DNA of 64,000 bases, from assembly GCA_951406725.2 (NCBI GenBank), contig OX597815.1:63550001-63614000 (forward strand), written 5' to 3'. The translations under genes and the position numbers were made by a program. This DNA is from Octopus vulgaris. Lineage: Eukaryota. Below the pieces are notes generated by a model. That model was given only the letters and a program-made list of their open reading frames with translations, was not told the origin of the DNA and did no database searches. Positions 52,432 to 64,000 of the stretch are shown here, one piece after another (position 1 is the first letter of the stretch; each line of letters begins with the position of its first letter).

Positions 52432-52769
52432 TGTCTTCTTGTTCTTTTTTACTTAACTGGCGCTACCAGAGAGGGAGGCTGTCATCTCAATCAATGCACT
52501 GCAGTGAGTGCCGCTGGATGACGGACTCTGGTGATGATGCTATTTCCGATCCATGGCGTTGGCCTTAGCTCGAGGTCGAAGCGCTGCGAGTTCAGATCTT
52601 CCTCCATTTGTTTCACCCGTATCGTTTTTGGTGCACTGTGCTGGATTCTCCAGTGCTTGGGTAGGTGTCACCACAGAAGTTGGTGTGGTAGCCTTCCGGT
52701 GTTCATCCTACAGACGTTGCCAAACCACTGTAGTCTGCGCTGCCGGACTTGGTCTTCAATGGTCGACTG
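52432..52769 (-). mobile_element. RTE-type LINE 3' fragment with 12-bp TSD
   Basis: Minus translation IEDQVRQRRLQWFGNVCRM...LPHQLLW...MEEDL; (GAA)-like tail; TSD tacacaagtaca at 52420-52431 and 52770-52781. Confidence 0.8.
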
Positions 52770-53010
52770 TACACAAGTACACTAAAGTACTATACGCAAC
52801 ACATTATGCTACATTCGAAGCACACAGCACCACAAGTACACTATGCTGCACTAAAATGCTACCATACAACTTTACCATACGTTACAACATTCAACAGTTC
52901 ACTTAGTTCACTTCACTACATGTAAACTGCACGTGTATTAAACATCATCATTATTGGCTATTTAACTCGTCCTACTCCTTCTAGCCCCTCCTCTTCCTTC
53001 TCTTATTTTT

Positions 53011-53109
<99 letters not shown>

Positions 53110-53660
53110 CACCATTATTATACTACTACTAAATATTTTGAAATTATTTACTGTGTAACATGTGCAACGGTCGTACTAAAAATTTCATCCCCCCATCACC
53201 CAAGAAAATAAAAATACCAAACAAACAGCTGTGTATTGATATTGTGATGTTTATTTATATAATTCATTTTAATATCCAAAACGGTAGTCGAGTAATTTTT
53301 CAACTGCAAACGGAAACCGGACTATATAACTGCTACAATGAAGGCTTTATGTATATGGTAGTGGAAAGTATGGTCTCTGACCAGCCGAAAATACACAGAT
53401 CCTGAAGAATATACTTGAATATACTTGAAGGATATACTTGAATTAAAAAAAAAAACATTTTTTGAAAACGTGATGAAGCCAGACACGACCACCACAAATG
53501 AGATAGTGTATTGATTCAGATGTGGACGATGAGAACTGAAATGCAGATCTTCCGGTTATTAATGATTTTCAGAAAAAAAGATTTCTCTTTTGTTCATTCC
53601 TTACGTTCTTCGTTCTCTATTTTTCTTTGATCTCTTTTCCTTTTTTCTGTTTTCTTTTTT

Positions 53661-53712
<52 letters not shown>

Positions 53713-53981
53713 CATTTCTTTATAAACTATCAATGATTCTTTCTTCATAAATACATTTAAAGCTGTTTCGAAATTTTATTTAACTTTTTCAAATTCCAAG
53801 GTAGGTTTGAGATTAGGAAGTTGATGCCCCAGAATGTTTATGGCACAAACAAAAATATGAACTACTTTGTGTTCAAAACAAATCTTTCGCTGAGTGAAAC
53901 CGGTGTATAAACCAATCAATAGCCATACAAAGCCTGAAGCTATGTGTCACTGTGAATAGATTGAACCGTTTCTATTATATG

Positions 53982-54064
<83 letters not shown>

Positions 54065-54093
54065 ACACACGCACATATATATATATATATATA

Positions 54094-54651
54094 TTGGGTT
54101 GTCCGGAAAGTTCGTGCCGATTTTTAAGGGAAAGAAAAAGGTCAAATATATACTCGCCATTACATTTTTAATCAACCAAATATGAACCATTTTGTTGCCC
54201 AATGCGTCTCCATCTTTCCTTTAACTTGAAAATACCATCCTTCCAGAATTTAGGTGGTGTCATGGCAAAGAATTCATCAAGGAATCTTTTTACGTCATCC
54301 GAGGAATTGAAATTTTTACCATTAAGACTATTCTGCAGAGACCTGAATAAGTGGAAATCCGAAGGAGCAATATCTGGTGAATATGGAGGGTGAGGTAACA
54401 CATCCCAGCCGAACTGCAGCAATTTTTGTCTGGTTACCAAAGCATCAAGTGCTGAAAATGAACTTTCTTAGCTTCCATTTTAAAGGGTTACATAATTAAC
54501 ACAGGTTATGGGAACATAAACCTTCTTCCACGAAAAGATAGCTTAAACTGTATTCTAAATGGAGGTGTAGTGAAATCCTATTTTATGGACTCAACCATGT
54601 TTTAAAATAAGTCGAAAAGTAAGCTGCTATAAATCGGCACGAACAACCCAA
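54094..54651 (-). mobile_element. Internally deleted mariner transposon
   Basis: TIR ttgggttgtccggaaagttcgtgccgattt (right copy lacks 9 nt), TA flanks; N-terminus MEAKKVHFQHLML (ATG at 54478) joined to C-terminus HPPYSPDIAPSDFHLF...ERW. Confidence 0.92.
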
Positions 54652-55244
54652 TATATATATATATATATGTATGTATGTTTGCATGAAAATTTCTTATGCA
54701 ATATCATATATTTTGTCTCATAACAGCCTATTGATGCCATCGAGAGTTTCATGTTGAAGAACTTTTCAAGAGTGGAAAGGTAAATTTACAATCATCAGAC
54801 ATGGTTAAATGGAAATGCATCACGCTCGGACATTATCATCTGACACCTTTAGTGGAGTCCAATCTGTTTGAAGCATTCGGGCTCGGTTCGTGATTTGGAG
54901 AACGTCTTGCTGCGTCCCTCCTGCCTTTGTTGAATAGTCCGGAAGACATCGTGAGAACTATTTTTCATCTTGAATAAAAATATAAAAATGAAGTGAAAGC
55001 AATGTAGAAACATCAAAGTCCATGCCCTCTATGTCGTGTTGGAATATGGAAAGGGTATCTTGTAGGAAAGACTATACTACTGTAAAGCATATTTTCTCTT
55101 GAGCCTTAGCACTCATAAGGCCGGTTTTCCGGTTTTCATGATGTATAAATAAATGACAGAAATAACATTTCCCCTATCGGGACACTGGTCCATTGCATAG
55201 TTCCAGGTCAAAAATCTTGAAGGGAGAGAATAAGCCGTTACATC

Positions 55245-55401
55245 ATTCCCGGTACTTGACCTGAACGCTATTTTATCGACCCCTAAGGAAAGATAAGCAA
55301 AGTTGAACTCGGCGGGACTTGAACCCAGAAAACAAAGAGCCGGGAGAAATGCCACTAAGCATTTTGTCTGACTTACTAACGATTCTGCCAGCTCGCTGCC
55401 T
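55245..55401 (-). mobile_element. SINE family C
   Basis: aacgattctgccagctcgctgcc terminus. Confidence 0.75.
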
Positions 55402-55919
55402 TGATAAAGCATATAAATTAACAATAAATATCATGTGTTATAGATGCTATAAATTTTGAAGCATATTGTGCATGATATATCGAGAATATCAGTATTAGTG
55501 AAGGTTTTGGGTAAATTCCGTCGTTTAGTGGAACATGTTATGAAGTAGGTTTTAGGATTCCGGTGTTAATATCATCTGTGAAAGGAATTTAATTTAAATC
55601 ACAAACGAAACCCGAATGCATGCAACAGACTGGACTCTGATAAAGACAAACTAAGTGTCACTTGGTGATGTTCAAGTGTAATTTAATTCTGGGTTGGTTT
55701 TAAGGGAAGAAAGCAGTTGACCGCCATAGCTACGCTTTCATCGCTGTCTTACATAAAGATGTCTGTGACAAGAAACAAGCACGGAGAGAGCATAATCCAC
55801 AGGAAAAACCGTAACAGCAACGACAACGACAACGACACCAACAAAATAACAGCAACAACATCAACAATATCAACAACACCAACAACTAAATCAACTAAAA
55901 GACGACAGCAACAACAGAG

Positions 55920-56100
55920 TGGAGGCGCAATGGTCCAGTGGTTAGGACAGCGGACTCGCGGTCGTAAGAACGCGGTTTCAATTCCCAGACCCAGACATTG
56001 TGAGTGTTTATTGAGCGAAAACACCTAAGCTCCACGAGACTCCGGCGCGGTCAACCCCGCTGTAATCTTTCACAACAACTTTCTCTCACTCTTTCTTCCT
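55920..56100 (+). mobile_element. tRNA-derived SINE, family E
   Basis: A box tggtccagtggttagg, B box gtttcaattccc. Confidence 0.7.
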
Positions 56101-56380
56101 ACTTCTGCCACAAAGCAGAGGAACCCACTATTGTGTGGTAAACTTTCAGACCCTAGTCTAGATTGCGAATCCTCTGTACCCCAGGATGATTCAGCTCTCT
56201 ACCCGTTAAAAACCACCGTTTACGGAATGACGATAACAACGTAGCTTTCGCGCCCGTGCAGGCGCCAGTCTATCGCATGTGGTGGGTGGATCTTCAAGTT
56301 GCCCCACGCATTCTTAGTAGCTTAGAGTCGGCTCGAATTTAGAGATTATTCTTTGTGGCTAATGGCGTGAGTCCTGATTG

Positions 56381-56485
<105 letters not shown>

Positions 56486-56517
56486 TAATAATAATAATAA
56501 TAACTATTAATAATAAT

Positions 56518-57071
56518 GCCCTGATGCAGTACCAGGCAGTGGCTCTCATGGCTTCTGATCTTAACTGATTGGAAGTGTTATCATGTACATTGTTTTGTCT
56601 TGGTATAAAAGATGGGCTACAGCAAATATTCTGCTCAATACCACAGATTTGCTTGTCAGTTGTTTGACCTTAACCAGTTGAGCATGTCCCTTAGTGGCTG
56701 ATGATATGTGCATCTCTGATCACGAGCAGAAGTAGTGGGGGAGCATCATAGCCATGTGTTGAGAGGGATTCTTTGGGGTTTGAATAATTCACCTCTGGAA
56801 ACATGGGTGGTTCTTTCAACATGCTTAAACAACCCTTATTCAGGGACCTTTTGAGCGGGATGGGCTACTCAACCTGAAGAAAATTCTAACTGGGCCCCAC
56901 CTGCAAGGTCATGTGCTGTTTATCTTGATATGAGATCATCATGTCGCGCACATATGGTTGTGATACATGTGCCTGGTGTACCTTTATCAGACGGGTAGTC
57001 ATGATGGGTATATTGGGCTTCGTATATTTTACCCCAGTGTCACTTTGATGGCATGCACTGCTCTCTCACTC
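56518..57071 (+). mobile_element. Family F repeat (about 555 bp) embedded in (AAT)n
   Basis: Homologous to 35129-35277 and 63298-63720; no ORF of note; (AAT)n on both sides. Confidence 0.85.
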
Positions 57072-57123
57072 AATAATAATAATAATAATAATAATAGTAA
57101 TAATAATAATGATAACAATAAAA

Positions 57124-57214
<91 letters not shown>

Positions 57215-57551
57215 AAGAACAACAACAACAACAACAACAACAACAAGGAGAAGAAGAAGAAGAAGAAGAACAAGGAGAAGAAGAAGAAGAAGAAGAAGAA
57301 GAAGAAGAAGAAGAAGAAGAAGAAGAAGAAGAAGAAGAAGAAGAAGAAGAAAAATCCTTGATGCACTATCTCTAAATAACTGATGGGATGTTCATGGATG
57401 GAAAGCCTTTGATGATAGATTTACTCGATCACGATTGACCTGAAGTTCAAAAACAACAGACCTCAATTTAAGTAACCTTGTATGTGTTTGTGTATGAGTG
57501 AGTGTGTATATGTGTGTGATAGATAGATAATATTAAATTATATATATATAT

Positions 57552-58000
57552 AATGGCAGTCAAAGACCGTTTTTTCCATTTCTATAAGTGGAGATTCCAA
57601 AAACGAAGGCCCTTGCGGCTCACATACACAAAACCGGAGTGGCAAATATACGAATTCAGTCACTTACCGTTAATAGCGAACACGGTGTTTCTGGATCACA
57701 AACATAAAAAAAGCTTTATCAAATGCCACCAGCCCTCACTTCTGACCGCGACATCAGATAGTCGCTGGGTCAGAAGTGAGGGCTGGTGGCATTTGATAAA
57801 GCTAACGAATATAGCGCTGAAGAAGGAATTCAAACTCCCTTTTTTTATGTTTGTGATCCAGAAACACCGTGTTCGCTATTAACGGTAAGTGACTGAATTC
57901 GTATATTTGCCACTCCGGTTTTGTGTATGTGAGCCGCAAGGGCCTTCGTTTTTGGAATCTCCACTTATAGAAATGGAAAAAACGGTCTTTGACTGCCATT
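57552..58000. mobile_element. Perfect nested fold-back element containing a hammerhead
   Basis: 57552-57713 = reverse complement of 57839-58000; 57712-57747 = reverse complement of 57768-57803; starts at (TA)n. Confidence 0.92.
57811..57879 (+). ncRNA. Type I hammerhead ribozyme
   Basis: atagcg CTGAAGA agga..caaac...gtttg..tcca GAAA caccgtg TT cgctat; 6-bp helix I, helix III acac/gtgt, GUU site at 57873; A10.1/A11.1 mismatch. Confidence 0.8.
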
Positions 58001-58421
58001 TCTAATTCCTTCGGTATGAGGCGAAACAGCTCGCTGCTAGCCAACTTATTTTTCTTTACTATATACTGAACCTTACAAAGGTCTTGACAATTATTTTGTC
58101 GTATTTACATACCGAAATTTACCGGTAAATAATTGTTGGTTACATGAAAAACCACAGGAAAATTATTTACCATTTTTATTGTATTATATATATATATATA
58201 TATGTATAAAATATATATACACACGTCATATACATACACACACACAAAAACATATATATGTGTATGTATGTATATATGTATATGTATATACAACAACAAC
58301 AACAGCAACAACACCAGCAGCAGCATCAAAATATCTCTCCATAACCCATCACTAGTTTTTCATCCATTAATCGATCGATCCAGCCAGCCGTCCATTCAGT
58401 AATACATACATATATACATAC

Positions 58422-58491
<70 letters not shown>

Positions 58492-58619
58492 ATGTATGTA
58501 TGTATGTATGTATGTATGTATATTATACCACTACACACCAGCACAGACACTCACACACTACATACAGCTAGCCAATGATCTTCCAGAGTAAAAAGGTTAT
58601 TGGAAGGATTTATAAAGGA

Positions 58620-59009
58620 GATAACATTTTAACAATTTCTTGTATTTATTTTTTCTTCGTTCTTCTATGAGGTCAGCCATTTTGTCTCGGTATATTCAAC
58701 CATCAACTCATATTTTCTTACACTTTTCGTTCCTTTAAACCAAGTCATCCCTTCTTTTATTTTTACATATTATATATACACATATTTTTCATAAATTACG
58801 TTTTCTTTGTTTTGTTTTTTCCATAAATCATTCTTCCCAACGACATTTTCTTTCAATGCGTATTTCGTTCTTCTTTCAATTTTCCTTTCCATTTTCTTGA
58901 AATTTCTTCTCCATCCTCTGCATATATCCTTTTTCTTTGTCTTTATTTAGATTCCTTCTTTTCATTTCGTTTTCATTCATCCTTTTTTCTGTTTTATTCA
59001 ACCAACCAG

Positions 59010-59083
<74 letters not shown>

Positions 59084-59105
59084 CATCAATCTATCAATCA
59101 ATCAG

Positions 59106-59194
<89 letters not shown>

Positions 59195-59398
59195 TCAGTT
59201 CTATATTTGAGAGATGAGGAATTATGTACATTATTTACATTTGTCGGATATTTGTCCTAATCTATTTTTTCTTTATTTATTTACTGATTTCATTATTTTT
59301 CCTTTTGTCCTTTCCTTCTTAGCGCTTTCGTTTCTTTATTTCTGTGTTTTCTATTTTTATATGTAACTTGATATAAACACACACACACGCACACATAC

Positions 59399-59431
<33 letters not shown>

Positions 59432-61570
59432 AATATTCTTATGTATACACACATTCATACCTACATACATTTTGAAGAATGTATAGGCAAGGTGAGGCGT
59501 TCGACAAAATATCTAAAGTGATGCAAATAAATTGAAAGCAAAATGAAGATTGTATTATCCTACATAAATTTAATGTTTCTATTATATTTCGGGAAATATT
59601 CCCCTTATCAAATTTAAGACAGAAAATAATCCAAAGCTCGGAGAAAGTATGTTATTATCGGTAGTACATTCATATGTGTTGTAGTATTGTACACGCACAA
59701 ACACATACACACACACACACGCACACACACAATCACACGCACATACGTACACACATACAGAATGAGTTGGAGAGAGAGGGGGTACGGGTGAGTGGTCTTT
59801 AAGATTTTGCCATCAAACCGAAACAAAATGATGATTCTGAAAAGACATTAGTTGGATTACCGTTTCATAAATCATGTGATTCCCTCCAACCACCACCACG
59901 CCTAAACAGATTCAAAATCAAATATAAAAATGAAAATTATTTATGTTTTTATTACAGTATGACACTAATTACTTTATGGGACCAACACTCATAATTAATA
60001 ATTAATTTTGATTATAATTATAACCATTATTTCTTAATAATTCGTCATAAATATAATTGTATGACTTATCGACTCAATGTTATATGTATCACAGTGATCT
60101 CCCTTGTGGTGTGGAAGTGTAGGAGTGCCAACATTACTCTCTCCCATCTTAAAGAAGAGCAAATTGGATAAATGTGCTCTGTATGGATTGATGCACTGTA
60201 TATACTAAACAGACTAGATGGTTATGCCTGGAGCGCCTCTTACGATGTTTCTGCTTGATTATACTTAAACTGACTTCACCAACAACAGCAAAGACTACAC
60301 TAAAAACAGATTCGTGAAAGTATTTCTTTAACTTACACCGTAATTCCATCTCAAAATTTATCATTTTTCTCGGCCATTTTTACCATTCCGTAATTTCTTC
60401 AAAACACATATTCCTTCTCTATTGTTTTCTCTTCATCCACCTATCTTTCTTCCTTTTCTTTCATTTTTTTTTTGTCATTTGCTTTTATTTAAGTCATTTA
60501 TTTTATTTTATTTTTATTTTCTTTCTTATTTCTTTCTTGTTTACTTCCTAAAATTTCTTCTCGGCTTTCTGTGTTTCATACATTCACAATCTTCATTCTT
60601 TCCTGCTTTCTTTCTTTTCTTTCTTTTCTTTTTTTCTCTCTTTGATATTAGTATCTTTCTTTATTTTCCCCGTTACTCTCATTCATTCATTCATTCATAC
60701 ATTCATTCATTCATTCATTCATTCATTCATTCTTACTTTCTTTGGTACAATTTTTTCATCTAGTTTCCCTGTCTTTCTTTTAATTCCTCCATTTCTATCT
60801 TTCTTATCTTTCTCTCTTTCTCCTTATTTTTTCTCTTCTCCTTCCCTTTCTATAATTCTCTTTGTTTTTTACTAATTACTGTCTCTCACCCAAATCCCCA
60901 TTTTTCGTTCTTTTCATTCCATCATCATTTTAAAACAATTCTTCCTAAATTCTCCCCATTTATATCAAATCTTTTTCTTCTTTTCATTTTCTTTACTTTC
61001 CCTTTCGTTCCTATTCCTTCATTCACTCTTTATTCCACATAATCCCATTCTTTCTTTCTCTCCCCTTCTTTTTCTCTCATTTCCTTTCCTCTTTCATTGC
61101 AGTGAATTTTTCAATTGATTTTCTTCTTAGTTTTCCTTCATTTATTTTCAATTTTAGCTTTTTTATTTTTTTATTCATTCTTTTATTTTTTATTTTTCTT
61201 TATAATTTCCTTCTTTGTTTCATTTACGTCTTTCTTCCTTTCTTTAATTTCCTCTATTCCACCTCATCTCTCTCAATCTCTCACCATCTTTTTCACTCAT
61301 TCCCCATCTATTTCTCTCTCCGTATCTCTCCCTCCTTCACTCTCTCTTCCTTTCTCTTTCCACCTCCCTCTCTCTCCCTCTCTTTCCCTATCCCTCTCTC
61401 TTCCTTCCATTTACCATTCTACAGTTGAACCTCTCCTTAGTTTTCCTGTTCTTTTACAATTTGGTTTTATATTTTTTCATTTTTTATATTTCTCCTTTCC
61501 CATACTTCATACTCCTCTCTCAATTCTCTCCCCTTTTCTTTCTCTCCATTCTCTTTCTGTTTTTCTCTTT
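58620..61570. repeat. Pyrimidine-rich low-complexity region with (TCAA)n, (TCTA)n, (TTCA)n
   Basis: Composition. Confidence 0.7.
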
Positions 61571-61905
61571 CCTTTCGTCAATTTCGCTGTTGTAACCACA
61601 CGAAACGTTTTGTAAAAGTCACCAGAATACAAAAACAACATTGAATATATAACATAAATAAAAACGTAAAGAAAAAACAGGCTAAAACATAAAACACACA
61701 CACACACACACAGATATATCTACATACACAAACACACACTCACACACACACACAAATGCACACAAATACGTGCAAAAATACGAATATAAATGAATATATG
61801 CACAAATAAACATATACAAACACATACAAACACGACTATATACTGAAATATAATCATATAAATACATACATACATATACATATGCACACATACATATATA
61901 TATGC

Positions 61906-61979
<74 letters not shown>

Positions 61980-62994
61980 GTACATATATATACACATACA
62001 TACATATATATATAAAGATACAATATAGACATATTACATAGGTATTTACAAACACAAAAAACTTACATATAGACAGATGCAAACATAAACATGTGCATAT
62101 ACATACACATACAAGCAGATTTTAAAATATACACATGTATAAAACATACACCCATGCACACATATACATACAGTAACACAAGCATACATATGAATACGTA
62201 TACATACACATAAACTCAGAATTACATGCTAAAATGTATACAAATATACATACCCATATACAAATACTTAACATACAAACACATACATACATACATACAT
62301 ACATACATACATACTAATATGAGCATACACATAAACACACGCAAATAATTACAAACACGAAGCTGTGCCAATAAACAAATAAAGAAACAACATAAACCAA
62401 CAAATAAATAAAACAATAAACAATAAACAAAAGAAACAGCAAAATAATAAGATAAAACAAAACGAAACGAAAATAACAAAATGGCGCGTAACATTAAGAA
62501 ACCATAAAGTAAAGATAAGCGGAATAGACGTAGGATGGGGCGGAGATGATGGCATGGTGGAGTTAGTGTTTATAGGAAGAGTTGTGATGGCGATGGTGGC
62601 GGTGGTGGTGGTGGCGGTGGTGGTGGTGGTGGTGGTGGTGGTGGTGGTGATGGTTTGGGCGACTGTGTTGATAGCAATGGTGTTAGTGATGTTGGAAAAG
62701 GTGTGTCCTTGGTGATATTTGTGTAGATAATGATGATGGCGGCGGCGGTACAGGAGGTGGTGATGGTAATGGCAGTGGTGGTAATGGTGGTAGCGGTAGT
62801 GGTTGTGGTGGTGGTAGTGGTAGTGGTAGTGGTGGTGGTGTTAATGGTGGTGGTGATGGTAGTCGTGGTAGTGGTGCTGGTGGTGGTGGTGTTAATGGTG
62901 GTAATGGTGATGGTGGTGGTGGTCACGTGTGAGATGTCACTATTAACATTGACATTGATGTTGGTAGTGATGGTGAATTTTGTGATGGTGGGAA

Positions 62995-63205
62995 GGTGGT
63001 GAACTGGCAGAATCATTAACTTGCGGCGCAAAATGCTTAGAGACATTTCTTCCGTCATCACGTTCCGAGTTCAAATTCCGCCAAGGTTGATTCTGCCTTT
63101 CATCCTTTCGGGGTTGATAAAATAAGTAGCATTTGAGTACTGTGGTTGATGTAAATAACTTAACCCCGCCCCGGAAATTGCTGGCCATGTGCTAACATTT
63201 GAAAT
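62995..63205 (+). mobile_element. SINE family C
   Basis: gaactggcagaatcattaac...gttcaaattccgcc...cctttcatcctttcgggg. Confidence 0.85.
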
Positions 63206-63212
63206 CATCATC

Positions 63213-63281
<69 letters not shown>

Positions 63282-63297
63282 GTTATTATTATTATTA

Positions 63298-63720
63298 CCA
63301 TCAAAGTGACACTGGGGTAGAATATACGAAGCTCAGTATACCCATCATGACTACCCGTCTGATAAGAGTACACTAGGCACATGCATCATAACCATATATG
63401 TGCGACATGGTGAACTCATATCAAGATAAACAGCACATAACCTTGCAGACGGGGCCCAATTAGAATTGTCTTCTGGTCGAGTAGCCCATTCCGCTCAAAA
63501 TGTCCCTGAATAAGGGTAGTTTAAGGATGTTGAACGAAACACCCATTTTTCCAGAGGTGAATTATTCAAACCCCAAAGAATCCCTCTCAACACATGGCTA
63601 TGATGTTCCCCCACTAATTCTGCTCGTGATCAGAGATGCACATATCGTCAGCCACTAAGGGACATGGTCAACTGGTTAAGGTCAAGTAACTGTCAAGCAA
63701 ATCTGCCTGGTACAGCAGCA
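63298..63720 (-). mobile_element. Family F copy with internal deletion
   Basis: Reverse complement of 56518-57050, missing about 105 nt between two cag microhomologies; (ATT)n and (ACT)n flanks. Confidence 0.85.
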
Positions 63721-63737
63721 TTTACTACTACTACTAA

Positions 63738-63842
<105 letters not shown>

Positions 63843-64000
63843 CGTCTTCTTTCAATTTTGTTTCCATTTCGTGCTGAGTGTCTCCCTGACACATAGGGCA
63901 AAGAAGCTCACTGTAAACATTAATAGGTCGTTAAAATAAACACACAAAATTGTTCATTTACGTAATGACGGAAGAAACGTCGCTAAGTATTTTTCCCGGC

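Noticed and set aside
57553-58044. Pairs of identical ORFs on opposite strands (also 7967-8413)
   Set aside because: A consequence of DNA palindromes, not duplicated genes.

Overview
AT-rich, microsatellite-saturated eukaryotic DNA. The SINE repertoire resembles octopus/cephalopod repeats (recalled, not searched). No host protein-coding gene can be supported, and nearly all ORFs in the track are translations of simple repeats. Recognisable content: one CR1-type LINE with an intact 993-aa APE+RT ORF2 (29469-32450); two decayed Tx1/L1-type LINE remnants; an RTE 3' fragment with a TSD; an internally deleted mariner; a non-autonomous Helitron and a Helitron RepHel relic; a decayed Penelope-type GIY-YIG endonuclease; many tRNA-derived SINEs; and a (TAA)n-embedded repeat family. 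The most striking signal is a set of about a dozen minimal type I hammerhead ribozyme motifs from several unrelated families (CUGANGA ... GAAA, palindromic helix III, NUH). Most lie in short non-coding elements built as tandem direct repeats and/or long fold-back palindromes at (TA)n tracts. Six of them cluster in 7.1-10.1 kb, and three families carry a compensatory U3-A8 core. These look like non-autonomous Penelope-like (pLTR/retrozyme) elements. All structures were derived by eye, so boundaries may be off by a few bases.
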